Shown: positions 15,848-25,384, counted from the stretch's first letter. The stretch is DNA of 34,811 bases from Candidatus Sericytochromatia bacterium (GCA_035285125.1 JAYKHR010000105.1:1-34811), one strand, 5' to 3'. Program-made: numbers and translations. Notes: generated by a model from the letters alone, not told the origin.

Positions 15848-18313
15848 ATGTTCCTTCCTACCACCACCCTTCGGGGCCTGCGCCTCGTGCTCTCGGCCCT
15901 GCTGCTGCTGTGGGGCTGCGTGGCCCCGGCCGTGGGGCCGGGAGGCGGGAGAGCCACGCTGCGCGTCGTGCTGGAGGCGCCGACGACCTACAGGCTCGCC
16001 TACCTGGCCAGCCCGGACTGGCGCCGGGCTACGGCAATGCTGACGGCGCCGGGCGGCGCCCCCATGACAGCTGACGCCGCGCGGGGAGGCTCGCTGACCT
16101 TCGCGAGCGTCCCCCCCGGGGCCGGCTACAGCCTGACGATCCGGCTCTACCGCCCCTCGCCGGAGGGGCCAGAGGTGGAGGTCGGCCGGCTGGAACGCGC
16201 CTCGCTGACGCTGGTGGCGGGGCCGAACACGCTGAGCCTCGCGGACCTCAACCCGGCCCACCCGAGGCCCACGGTGGCGGCGGGGCGCGCCCTCGGGGAC
16301 GTGTACGTGTCGAGCTTGCCCGCCGAGGGCATCACGGGGGCTGCGTTCCGTTGGCCGGGTGACGTGGCGGCGGATGCGTCGGGCACGGTGTACGTGGCGG
16401 ACACGCAAAACCACCGCATCCGCAAGGTGGCCCCCGACGGCACCGTGAGCACCCTGGCCGGCAGCGGCGTCACGGGCTGGATGGGCGGTGGCCACCAGGA
16501 CGGCCCCGGGGCCACGGCGCTGTTCAAGGATCCCTTGAGCCTGGCGGTGGACGCATCCGGCACGGTGTACGTGGCGGACGCCGGGAACAACCGCATTCGC
16601 AAGGTGGCACCCGATGGCACCGTCAGCACCCTGGCGGGCAGCGGCACGGCAGGTCACCAGAACGGCGCGGGCGCCTCGGCGCGGTTCAACTACCCCAAGG
16701 GCGTGGCGGTGGATGCGTCAGGCACGGTGTACGTGGCGGACGCCAGTAACAACCGAGTCCGCAAGGTGGCGCCCGACGGCACCGTCAGCACCCTGGCGGG
16801 CAGCGGCACGGCAGGTCTCCAGAACGGCGCGGGCGCTTCGGCGCGGTTCAACGGCCCCGGGGGCGTGGCGGTGGATGCCTCAGGGACGGTCTACGTGGCA
16901 GACACCTACAACGCCAGCATCCGGCGGGTTGCCTCCGATGGCACGGTCAGCACCCTGGCGGGCACCAACACCCGCGGCTACGTGGACGGCCCGGCCGCCT
17001 CCGCGAGGTTCCACACGCCCGGCAACCTGGACATAGACGCTTCAGGGACGCTGTACGTCGCGGACGGCGGCAACCAGTGCATCCGCGTGATCACGTCAGG
17101 CGGCACGGTGAGCACCCTGGCGGGGCTGGGCACCGCGGACCCCACTGTTCAACTCTCGTACAACCCTGGTGATCGCGACGGGGTGGGGGGGGAGGCCCGG
17201 TTCCACTACCCCGGAGGGGTGGCGGTGGATGCCGGAGGCCACGTGTTCGTGGCAGACACCCGGAACAACCGCATCCGCAAGATCGCGCCCGACCGCACGG
17301 TCACCACCCTGGCAGGGTCGGGTCTGTTGGGCCTGGAGGAAGGTCCGCGGGGCCCCGGCGCGTTGGTCACCGATCTCCAAAGCCTTGCTGTGGATGCGTG
17401 GGGCAGCGTCCACGTGCTGGCGGGGAATCGGCTCTGGCGGTTGTCTTCGGCGGGGATTCCCACGTTCCTGGCTGGCGGGCCCTGGAGCGACTACCGCAAT
17501 GGCTTCGGCGAGGCCGCCCGCTTTAACACTCAGAATGGCCTGGCCCTGGATGCCCAGGGCAACATGTATCTCGCCGATGAGAACGGACACCGCATCCGCA
17601 AGGTGACCCCGGAAGGCGAGGTCACGACGATCGCGGGCCCCGTGGCGACGGCTGGGCCTTTCAGCAACACCGTTTGCCCCAACTGCCCTTGGGGATACTT
17701 CGACGGCCCTGCGGCGGATGCCCGGTTCTACTTCCCATCGGGCCTGGCGGTGGATGCCAGCGGCACCGTGTACGTGGCGGATTCCGGCAACTGCCTCATC
17801 CGGCGGCTCACGCCCGAAGGGCAGGTGTCCACCTTCGCTGGTAGCCCCGACTGCGGCCTCCAGGACGGGGTGGGCACCGCCGCCTTGTTCAGCTGGCCGA
17901 ACGACGTGGCGGTCGATGCCTCGGGCACCCTCTACGTGGCAGACGCCGGCAACGCGGCCATTCGCAAGGTCACGCCGGAGGGGGTGGTCACGACCCTGGC
18001 CGGCGATGGCAACGAGGGATACCAGGACGGCGTGGGCAGTGTCGCGCAGTTCGGCTGGATCGAGGCCCTGGCCGTCACGCCGACGGGCTGGGTCTACGTG
18101 GCAGACCGCGACAACAACTGCATCCGCGAGGTGGCGCCCGACGGCACCGTCACCACCCTGGCAGGGGCCCTGGAAGCCGGCCGGCGGGATGGCCCCGGCC
18201 CGGCGGCCCGGTTCGACACGCCCTGGGATGTGGCGGTGGGCGCCGACGGCGTCGTCTACGTGGCGGACCAGGTCAACAGCGTGGTGCGGATCATCAAGCG
18301 GGGCGGGCGCTGA
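15848..18313 (+). CDS. Surface lipoprotein with about 12 NHL repeats (double beta-propeller)
   Basis: GGAGG 8 nt before ATG 15848; lipobox LWG-C; repeated F..P.GVAVDASGTVYVAD..N.RIRKVAPDGTVSTLAG. Confidence 0.92.
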   Translation: MFLPTTTLRGLRLVLSALLLLWGCVAPAVGPGGGRATLRVVLEAPTTYRLAYLASPDWRRATAMLTAPGGAPMTADAARGGSLTFASVPPGAGYSLTIRLYRPSPEGPEVEVGRLERASLTLVAGPNTLSLADLNPAHPRPTVAAGRALGDVYVSSLPAEGITGAAFRWPGDVAADASGTVYVADTQNHRIRKVAPDGTVSTLAGSGVTGWMGGGHQDGPGATALFKDPLSLAVDASGTVYVADAGNNRIRKVAPDGTVSTLAGSGTAGHQNGAGASARFNYPKGVAVDASGTVYVADASNNRVRKVAPDGTVSTLAGSGTAGLQNGAGASARFNGPGGVAVDASGTVYVADTYNASIRRVASDGTVSTLAGTNTRGYVDGPAASARFHTPGNLDIDASGTLYVADGGNQCIRVITSGGTVSTLAGLGTADPTVQLSYNPGDRDGVGGEARFHYPGGVAVDAGGHVFVADTRNNRIRKIAPDRTVTTLAGSGLLGLEEGPRGPGALVTDLQSLAVDAWGSVHVLAGNRLWRLSSAGIPTFLAGGPWSDYRNGFGEAARFNTQNGLALDAQGNMYLADENGHRIRKVTPEGEVTTIAGPVATAGPFSNTVCPNCPWGYFDGPAADARFYFPSGLAVDASGTVYVADSGNCLIRRLTPEGQVSTFAGSPDCGLQDGVGTAALFSWPNDVAVDASGTLYVADAGNAAIRKVTPEGVVTTLAGDGNEGYQDGVGSVAQFGWIEALAVTPTGWVYVADRDNNCIREVAPDGTVTTLAGALEAGRRDGPGPAARFDTPWDVAVGADGVVYVADQVNSVVRIIKRGGR
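16340..18295 (+). repeat. Intragenic NHL tandem repeats, about 162-bp period
   Basis: 16621-16690 and 16783-16852 differ at only 2 of 70 nt. Confidence 0.9.
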
Positions 18314-18385
18314 TCCCGGCCTCCGCGTGCGCCTGGTCCGCCTGACAGGCCCAGGCGCTCCCCAGGCAACGCGCCCCCGGGTGTC

Positions 18386-18413
18386 GCAGCAGCGCCCCCC
18401 GGGTACGCTGATC
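18386..18413 (+). promoter_or_regulatory. Putative alternative-sigma promoter motif GCAGCAG-N8-GGGTA-N3-TGATC
   Basis: Near-copy of 13657-13685; overlaps the second copy of a GCGCCCCC(C)GGGT direct repeat at 18371 and 18392. Confidence 0.35.
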
Positions 18414-18460
18414 GAAGGGTGGCCACGCAGCCGCCCCCGCGCCGTCGAGGAGGCTCCGGA

Positions 18461-19438
18461 ATGTCGCCCACCGCCCCCGCGTCCCTGGCCCTGGCGACCG
18501 TGCTCTCGCTCGCGGTGCTGGGCTGCGCGCCTCAGCCGAGCGCCCCTCCGGCGGTGCTGCGCCCCGCTCAGAAACCTGCCCCGGCCCCCACCGCGGCGAA
18601 GCCCGCCCCCCCGGCATCAGAGGCAGGCCCTGGCATCAGCCCCGGCAACCCGGCGGTCGCGACGCCCCCCCAAGGCCCCATCGCCCCGGTGGTCCCCGCG
18701 CAAGCCCCTGCCGTCGCCCCGGCACCGCCTGGCCTGACGGCGACGATCAGCGGGGTGGTCCTGGCCCCCGTCAGCCCGGCCCCGAGCGCTGGCTACGCGC
18801 TGCTTGCCGCGGGCGAGGCCCCGGCTGCCGGCGTGCCCGTCGAGGTGCTCGTCGGCAACGGCGCGCGGGTGATCTCGACCACCACCACCGACGCCAATGG
18901 TCGCTTTGCCGTCTCGGGGCTGCCCCGAGGGCGCACCTACCAGGTGCGCGCGCGCGTCCAGCACGCTGGCAAGGAGGTCACGCTGCGGTCGCTGGCAGGC
19001 GTCGGAGAGGCGGAGGCCACCAAGACGGCCACCGTCACGCCGGCCTCGACCTTCGCGGCGGCCCAGCTGCTCAAGGGCGTGCAGGGAGAGGCCATGGCCC
19101 TGCTGCAGGGTGGCGCCTTCGACGGCCTGGTGCAGGCCCTGGAAGGCAAGCTGGGAGCGGCAGACCTGGCCGTCCTGAACGACGAGGCGCAGATGCTGGC
19201 CGTGGTGGCCCGCCTGCAGCAAGACCTGGGCCCCCTGTTGAAGGACCTCGAGCGGCTCTCAGCCCAGCTCGGCCCGGGCCTGCTCGCCTCGGGCACCCTG
19301 GCCGTCCTCCCCGGCGTGGGGGGGCTGCCCGACGGCCTCGCGAGCCAGACGCTGGGGGAGCTGCTCGAGGGCCTCGGCGGCGACGAGGACGAGGGGGCCT
19401 CGCTGGCGATCGAGGCGGACGTGGTGGAGGCGCCCTAG
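18461..19438 (+). CDS. Lipoprotein with Pro/Ala linker and carboxypeptidase-regulatory-like domain
   Basis: GGAGG 7 nt before ATG 18461; lipobox VLG-C; ISGVVL..GVPVEV..TTTDANGRFAVSGLP..TYQVRA. Confidence 0.85.
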   Translation: MSPTAPASLALATVLSLAVLGCAPQPSAPPAVLRPAQKPAPAPTAAKPAPPASEAGPGISPGNPAVATPPQGPIAPVVPAQAPAVAPAPPGLTATISGVVLAPVSPAPSAGYALLAAGEAPAAGVPVEVLVGNGARVISTTTTDANGRFAVSGLPRGRTYQVRARVQHAGKEVTLRSLAGVGEAEATKTATVTPASTFAAAQLLKGVQGEAMALLQGGAFDGLVQALEGKLGAADLAVLNDEAQMLAVVARLQQDLGPLLKDLERLSAQLGPGLLASGTLAVLPGVGGLPDGLASQTLGELLEGLGGDEDEGASLAIEADVVEAP

Positions 19439-19454
19439 CGGGCGCGCCGGGCCA

Positions 19455-20080
19455 TCACGTCGCCAGGCGCGCGACCACCGAGTCGCCCGTGTCCTTGCGG
19501 CGCGCCACGGCAATCGTGGTGCGTGAGGGCGTGCCCTCGCCGACGGTGAACACCGCCAGGCCCCGGGCCGCCTCCAGCTTGATGGTGGAGGCATCCGTCA
19601 GGGGCAGCGACGGGAAGATGCCGACCAGCTCCAGGCGGGTGCGGAGGATGCGGCGGGCGTTCGCGACGCGCGCCAACCAGCGCTCCGCCTCCGCGGGCCC
19701 CATGGCCTCTGCTGTCACGAGCGCCCGCGTCATCGGCACCCGTCGGGCCACGTCCAGGGCGTCGACCACCTCGACCGCAATCCGCGTCTCGGCTGGCCCC
19801 AGGGCCACCAGGCCCACCTCGAGAGGCCCCTCGGTGATCCCCAGCGCAGCCGCGAGGTCCCCCCGGCCCCTCACGGCCAGACGGCCGGTGGGCAGCGGGT
19901 CGTAGGCCATCAGAATGCCCGGCTCGGCCGGGCCCACCTCGGTCGCGCGGACCGCGACCTCGATGACCAGGGGGCGCTCTGCCCCTTCTGTGGCTGCAAG
20001 GCCCAGGTCCGGGCCCGCAGAGCTGACGCGCGGGCCTAGCAAGGCGCACCGGCCTGGCGGGACGAGGCAGGGCCGCTCAC
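19455..20080 (-). CDS. Hypothetical protein; start uncertain, possible 1-nt slip near 20070
   Basis: Long G/C-third-position-biased frame ending at 19455. The coupled GTG (GTGA overlap at 20080) is out of frame by one base in a CCC run. Confidence 0.6.
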
Positions 20081-20652
20081 GGGTCCCTGATGGGCTTGAG
20101 CACCGGGGCGGGCCCGACCGAGGAGGCACACACCAGCTCGAGCGCAGCGCGCACCCGGTTGAACGGCTCCACCGGGTCGAGGCCCGCCTCGGCGCCCGTG
20201 AGAATCCACGTCGCCACGGCCTCCTCGTCCCGGGGGGCCGGGTCGTGCAGCTTGAACCTGAGGGGGCTGCCCCCCTCCGAGACCTGCAGGAGCCACTCGT
20301 TCTCGGCAACGTCGTGTAGCTCGGCCGCCACCGAGAGGGGTGGCAGGCGTGTCTCAGCGACGTAAACCACGGTCGTGGCCGCAGCCTGAGCCAGGAGGGC
20401 CTCGTCGTCGACGAACAGGAGGCTCGGCCGCGGCTCGATCCGAGCGCACAGGTGCCGGAACAGCACGTCGGCGCGCATATGGCGGTCGAGCGAGCGGCCG
20501 TAAAGCACCTCTTGGAGGCGCGTGGGTGTGACGGGCTCGGTGTACCGGAAGTCCAGCGGCAGGCCTGCCGGGTCGACGACCATCACGCCTCCGGCGTAAG
20601 CGCCGGAGGCCCAGACCATCGTCTTGTAGTATGCGATCCGCTGGTCCGACAC
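20077..20652 (-). CDS. Conserved hypothetical protein
   Basis: Motif GGVMVVD..GLPLDFRYTEPV.PT.LQEVLYG and C-terminal DPVEPFNRV; 7 nt after the acyl-CoA dehydrogenase gene. Confidence 0.8.
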   Translation of the reverse strand: MSDQRIAYYKTMVWASGAYAGGVMVVDPAGLPLDFRYTEPVTPTRLQEVLYGRSLDRHMRADVLFRHLCARIEPRPSLLFVDDEALLAQAAATTVVYVAETRLPPLSVAAELHDVAENEWLLQVSEGGSPLRFKLHDPAPRDEEAVATWILTGAEAGLDPVEPFNRVRAALELVCASSVGPAPVLKPIRDP

Positions 20653-20659
20653 CGGAACG

Positions 20660-21829
20660 TCAGACCCCCAGCGTCTTCGCGATGACCAGGCGCTGGACCT
20701 GGCTGGTGCCCTCGCCGATCTCGCACAGCTTGGCGTCCCGCATCATCCGCTCGACCGGGTAGTCGCGGGTGTAGCCGTAGCCACCGTGGATCTGGATGGC
20801 GTCGAGGCAGACCTGGGTGGCGATCTCCGAGGCGTAGAGCTTGGCCTGGCAGGCCTCGAGCTTGAAGTCCTCGTGGGCGTCGCGCAGGCGGGCCGCGTTG
20901 TAGACCAGGTGCCGCGCAGCCGCGATCTTGGTGCTCATGTCGGCCAGCATGAACTGCACGGCCTGGAACTTGCCGATGGGCTGGCCGAACTGCTGCCGCT
21001 CCTTGGCGTAGCGCACGGACTCCCGGTAGGCCCCCTCCGCGATGCCCAGCGCCAGCGCGCCGATCGAGATGCGGCCCGAGTCCAGCGTGATCATCGCCTG
21101 CTTGTAGCCAGAGCCCTCCTCGCCGGAGCGGTTGGCCACCGGCACCTTCACGTTGTCGAAGGCCAGCGAGCACGTCGGCGAGCCGCGCATGCCCATTTTC
21201 TTCTCGTGCTTGCTGATGGAGAAGCCCGCCATCTCAGGCTCCACCAGGAAGGCCGAGATGCCGCGCGTGCCCTTGGCGCGGTCCGTCATCGCCATGATGG
21301 TGAAGACGCCAGCGTAGGGGCTGTTGGTGATGAAGTTCTTGGAGCCGTTGAGGACGTAGTGGTCGCCCTCGAGCACGGCCGTGGTCTTCTGGCCGGCGGC
21401 GTCGGAGCCGGCGCCCGGCTCGGTCAGGCCCCACGCGCCGAGGTACTTGCCCGACGTCAGGTTCGGCAGGTACTTCCGCTTCTGGTCCTCGGTGCCGAAG
21501 TACACCAGCGGGCCGCAGCCAAGCGAGTTGTGGGCGGCATAGGAGAGCCCCGTCGAGCCGCACGCGGCACCGAGCTCCTCGACGGCGAGGGCGTACTCCA
21601 TGTAGCCTGCGCCGCCGCCGCCGTACTCGCTGGGCACGGTGATGCCAAGGAGCCCCAGCTCGGCCAGCTTGTCGAAGACTTCCTTGCCGAACCGCTCCTG
21701 CTCATCGAGCTCCGGCGCCAGCGGGTAGACCTCCTTGGCGGCGAACTCCCGCACCATGGCCTGCAGCGCGAGCTGGTCCTCGGTCAGGTGGAAGGGGTTG
21801 GAGCGAGCGGCCTTCGCGAGCGTGGCCAT
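20660..21829 (-). CDS. Acyl-CoA dehydrogenase (short/branched-chain type)
   Basis: [53 protein letters not shown] before ATG 21829. Confidence 0.96.
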   Translation of the reverse strand: MATLAKAARSNPFHLTEDQLALQAMVREFAAKEVYPLAPELDEQERFGKEVFDKLAELGLLGITVPSEYGGGGAGYMEYALAVEELGAACGSTGLSYAAHNSLGCGPLVYFGTEDQKRKYLPNLTSGKYLGAWGLTEPGAGSDAAGQKTTAVLEGDHYVLNGSKNFITNSPYAGVFTIMAMTDRAKGTRGISAFLVEPEMAGFSISKHEKKMGMRGSPTCSLAFDNVKVPVANRSGEEGSGYKQAMITLDSGRISIGALALGIAEGAYRESVRYAKERQQFGQPIGKFQAVQFMLADMSTKIAAARHLVYNAARLRDAHEDFKLEACQAKLYASEIATQVCLDAIQIHGGYGYTRDYPVERMMRDAKLCEIGEGTSQVQRLVIAKTLGV

Positions 21830-21902
21830 GGGTGGAACCTCCATCGTGGGGCTGCGGGATCGGCGCTGATCCCGTGGGGGCGCGGCTGTTGCGACGTTCG
21901 GC

Positions 21903-21959
21903 ATTGTAGCTGATCCCGGGAGCGTGCGTCCACGGCGCCCGCGCCCTCCGTGGTAGGAT
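21903..21959. promoter_or_regulatory. Divergent -10 elements
   Basis: TACAAT on the minus strand (21903-21908) and TG-G-TAGGAT on the plus strand (21951-21959), between divergent genes. Confidence 0.5.
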
Positions 21960-21984
21960 GATGCCGCTGGCAGGAGGTTAGGGC

Positions 21985-22845
21985 ATGCAGCTGGGCTCCC
22001 TCACGATCGACTGGGTGGCGGCCGGAGACTTCAAGCTCGACGGCGGCGCCATGTTCGGGCCCGTGCCGAAGCCGTTGTGGGCCCGCAAGATCGAAGCCGA
22101 CGACCGCAACCGGATCTGGCTCGGCACGAACTGCATCCTGGTGACGGGGCCCTTCGGGCGCGCCTTGGTGGACGTCGGGCTGGGCAACAAGCTGGGCGAG
22201 AAGCAGCGCGACATCTACGCGATGGAGCCGGCCGAGACGCTGCTGGCTTCCCTGGCGGCACGCGGCCTGGCCCCCGCCGACATCGATCACGTCGTGCTCA
22301 GCCACTGCGATTTCGACCACCTCGGCGGCGCCACCTGGCGAGACGCGGACGGCACCCTGCGCCCCACCTTCCCCAACGCGACGGTGCACATCCACCCGAT
22401 GGAGTGGGAGGACCTCACGCACCCCAACGCGCGCGCCAAGGGCACGTACCTGCGGGAGAACTGGGAGCCGCTCGAGGCGGCGGGCCGCGTCAGGCTCATC
22501 CCCGACGACGGCGCGATCGTGCCGGGCATCGGGGTGCACCACACGGGCGGGCACACCCGCGGCCACGTCGTTGTCGCCATCGAAAGCCAGGCGGAGCGGG
22601 CCGTCTACATGGGCGACCTGATGCCGACGCGGCACCACCTGAACCCGCTGTGGGTGATGGCCTACGACAACTTCCCGCTCACCTCGATCGAGCAGCGCAG
22701 CGCCTGGCTCGGGCGGATCGCCGCCGAGGGCTGGTGGCTGCTTTTCTACCACGACATGGCGCTCGGCGCCGCCCGCCTGACGGCGGGAGGCGAGCTCGGC
22801 GACACGGTCCCCCTGCCGCCTCGCGCGGCCGAGCGCGCCCCCTGA
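21985..22845 (+). CDS. Metallo-beta-lactamase-fold hydrolase (YtnP-like)
   Basis: [45 protein letters not shown]. Confidence 0.92.
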   Translation: MQLGSLTIDWVAAGDFKLDGGAMFGPVPKPLWARKIEADDRNRIWLGTNCILVTGPFGRALVDVGLGNKLGEKQRDIYAMEPAETLLASLAARGLAPADIDHVVLSHCDFDHLGGATWRDADGTLRPTFPNATVHIHPMEWEDLTHPNARAKGTYLRENWEPLEAAGRVRLIPDDGAIVPGIGVHHTGGHTRGHVVVAIESQAERAVYMGDLMPTRHHLNPLWVMAYDNFPLTSIEQRSAWLGRIAAEGWWLLFYHDMALGAARLTAGGELGDTVPLPPRAAERAP

Positions 22846-22879
22846 CTTCCCCTGCCAACGACAGAAAGGCCAGACCAAG

Positions 22880-23347
22880 ATGAAGAAAGCGATCATCGAG
22901 ACCGCCAAGGGCACCATCGAGCTCGAGCTGTTCTCCGAAGATGCCCCGGGCACCGTGGCAAACTTCGAGAAGCTCGCCAACTCGGGCTACTATGACGGCG
23001 TGACCTTCCACCGGGTGATTCCGGGCTTCATGATCCAGGGCGGCGACCCCCGCTCGAAGGAGCTGCCGCACGGCCACCCCTCGATCGGGTCGGGCGGGCC
23101 GGGCTACACGATCCCGTGCGAGGTGGCCAACAACCCTCGCAAGCACGGCCGCGGAGCGCTTTCGATGGCCAAGACGGCGGCCCCCAACACGGGCGGCTCG
23201 CAGTTCTTCATCACCCACGTGCCCACCCCGCACCTCGACGGCCTCCACACCGTGTTCGGGCAGGTGCTGCAGGGGCAGGACGTGGTCGACGCCATCGAGG
23301 GCGGCGACGTGATGATGTCCGTCAAGGTCGAAGCGACGGCGGTCTGA
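22880..23347 (+). CDS. Cyclophilin-type peptidyl-prolyl cis-trans isomerase
   Basis: [32 protein letters not shown]. Confidence 0.97.
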   Translation: MKKAIIETAKGTIELELFSEDAPGTVANFEKLANSGYYDGVTFHRVIPGFMIQGGDPRSKELPHGHPSIGSGGPGYTIPCEVANNPRKHGRGALSMAKTAAPNTGGSQFFITHVPTPHLDGLHTVFGQVLQGQDVVDAIEGGDVMMSVKVEATAV

Positions 23348-23372
23348 CGCCGCCCACGGGGAGGAGCACAGG

Positions 23373-24182
23373 ATGCTGGCATTCGCGATCGAGCTCGCCC
23401 GACAGGCTGGCGAGGTGCTGAAGGACGGGTTCGATCGCCCCCACGAGGTGCGCTTCAAGGGAGCCATCGACCTCGTCACGGAGATGGATCTCGCTTCCGA
23501 GGCCGTCATCCTGGGGGGCATCCGCGCCCGCTTCCCCGACCACGCCATCCTGTCGGAGGAGGCGGGCGCCGACGCCGGGGCCTCAGCCTCCTCCAGCCCA
23601 ACCTACCGCTGGGTCGTCGACCCGCTGGATGGCACCACCAACTACGCGCATGGCGCCCCCATCTTTTGTGTCTCGATCGGCCTGGAGCGAGACGGCGAGC
23701 GCGTGCTGGGCGTCATCTACGCGCCGATGCTGGGCGAACTCTACGCCACCGAACGCGGCGCCGGCGCCACGCTGAACGGACGCCCCCTCAACGTGTCCAC
23801 CACGGACCGGCTCGACCGGGCGCTGCTGGTGACGGGCTTCCCCTACGACGTGCAGGTGAAGGCCACGAACCTGCGCCACTTCGGGGCCTTCATCCACCAG
23901 GCCCAGGCCGTGCGGCGGCTGGGGTCGGCGGCGCTCGATCTGGCCTGGGTCGCCGCGGGTCGGTTCGACGGCTTCTGGGAGCCCCGCCTCGCGCCCTGGG
24001 ACCTGTGCGCCGGCACCTTGCTGGTCGAGGAGGCGGGCGGCCGGGTCACGGGCTACGGCGGCGGGCCGTTCTCGATCCACGGCCGGGAGGTGCTCGCCAC
24101 CAACGGCCTGCTGCACGATGCGATGTGCGGGGTGCTGGCCACCGAGCGCACCGACACGGACACACCGGAGCGGCCGCGGTGA
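23373..24182 (+). CDS. suhB: Inositol monophosphatase family protein
   Basis: WVVDPLDGTTNYAHG, RRLGSAALDL, WDLCAG..LVEEAGG. Confidence 0.95.
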   Translation: MLAFAIELARQAGEVLKDGFDRPHEVRFKGAIDLVTEMDLASEAVILGGIRARFPDHAILSEEAGADAGASASSSPTYRWVVDPLDGTTNYAHGAPIFCVSIGLERDGERVLGVIYAPMLGELYATERGAGATLNGRPLNVSTTDRLDRALLVTGFPYDVQVKATNLRHFGAFIHQAQAVRRLGSAALDLAWVAAGRFDGFWEPRLAPWDLCAGTLLVEEAGGRVTGYGGGPFSIHGREVLATNGLLHDAMCGVLATERTDTDTPERPR

Positions 24183-24637
24183 CGCCAAGGCCCCCACAGC
24201 GACCCAAAGACCCGATCGGCCCGCCGCTCGACGGCAGCGAGCTGCGGGGCTGGCTGCGGCGCCTGGCGGCCCTGCCAGAGGAACGCCAGCAGGCCGTGAT
24301 CGGGCGGGTGAATTGGCACGTCCTCGATGCCGCGGGCGAGGAGGCCCTGATGGGCTGGCTCGCGCACAGCCTGCTGACGGGCCCCCCCGAGGCCCAGGCC
24401 TTCGCCCTGAAGACGCTGGAGAAGGCCTCCCGCGTCCGGCGCGGGCGACACCTGAGCCGCTTCAAGGACGTGGCCGAGCGTTCTGACGAAGATCTCGCAG
24501 CCCGGCTCGCCAGCCTCTTCGGTCCCGGCCTCGGGGCACGCCCCCCCCAGCGCCCGCCGCAGCCTGCCCCTGCAGCCGGAGAGGACGACCTCGCCAGGCT
24601 CCGGGCCTTTTTTGATCGCTCGGGCAAGGCCCGATGA
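24179..24637 (+). CDS. Hypothetical helical protein (152 aa)
   Basis: GTG overlaps the suhB stop (GTGA) and the stop overlaps the next ATG; coding-like codon bias. Confidence 0.7.
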   Translation: MTPRPPQRPKDPIGPPLDGSELRGWLRRLAALPEERQQAVIGRVNWHVLDAAGEEALMGWLAHSLLTGPPEAQAFALKTLEKASRVRRGRHLSRFKDVAERSDEDLAARLASLFGPGLGARPPQRPPQPAPAAGEDDLARLRAFFDRSGKAR

Positions 24638-25347
24638 AGGAGGGATCCTTGCCAATCGCCCGCCACCTCGCACGCGGCACTGGCCTGGCGCTGGCTTGCG
24701 TCGCGCTGGGCGCGACCCCGGCCAGGGCCGACACCGGCTACTGGCACTGGACGGAGGCCCGCCTCCCGCTCACGGCCCGCGCGCCCGGCACCGGCCAGCC
24801 CGTCGTGTTTCGAACCTTCAGCGACATGCGGTTCTTCACCGGCACCCCCGGCCTCACGATGACCTTCTTCCGCGCCGGCCCCCTGTGGACCATGGCGCCC
24901 TGGCTCGTGGTCGGCACCCAGGCGACGGCCATCTCGCTCACGGGCGACCCACGCTTCACCCAGGAGTACCGGGCGGAGCTCGAGCCCACCTTGCTGGGCG
25001 GCTGGGGCGATTTCAAGATCATGGACCGCAACCGGCTGGAGTACCGGATGCGGTTCGGCAGCACCAGCACCGCTCACTTCCGCTACCGCAACATGCTGCG
25101 CATCAACCACGCCCCTGCCGGGGCCGTGTGGATCCCGTACGTCTGGAACGAGCCGCTGGTCGAGCTTGGCGTGGACGGCTTCCAGAACCGGCTGGAGGCC
25201 GGCGTGGGCTGCCAGCTCGCCCGGGACGTGCGCGTCGATCTGGGCGTCATGTGGCGGGCGCGGCAGGCCAGTGGCGCCTGGGATCAGGACGTGATCCTCA
25301 ATGGCTACATGTACCTGGCGCCAGAGATGAAGCCGATCTTCGACTGA
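24634..25347 (+). CDS. Outer-membrane beta-barrel protein (DUF2490-like)
   Basis: Sec signal ending ARA-D; QEYR, DRNRLEYR, RYRNMLRI, WNE, FQNRL..G pattern with alternating aromatic strands. Confidence 0.75.
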   Translation: MKEGSLPIARHLARGTGLALACVALGATPARADTGYWHWTEARLPLTARAPGTGQPVVFRTFSDMRFFTGTPGLTMTFFRAGPLWTMAPWLVVGTQATAISLTGDPRFTQEYRAELEPTLLGGWGDFKIMDRNRLEYRMRFGSTSTAHFRYRNMLRINHAPAGAVWIPYVWNEPLVELGVDGFQNRLEAGVGCQLARDVRVDLGVMWRARQASGAWDQDVILNGYMYLAPEMKPIFD

Positions 25348-25384
25348 AGGCTGCGCCCCGGGGGCGACGCGCCTCAGCGAGCCA

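Noticed and set aside
16340..18295. CRISPR array or diversity-generating retroelement template/variable repeats
   Set aside because: The repeats are in-frame NHL coding units with no spacers, no adenine-specific mismatch pattern, and no cas or reverse transcriptase gene in the window.
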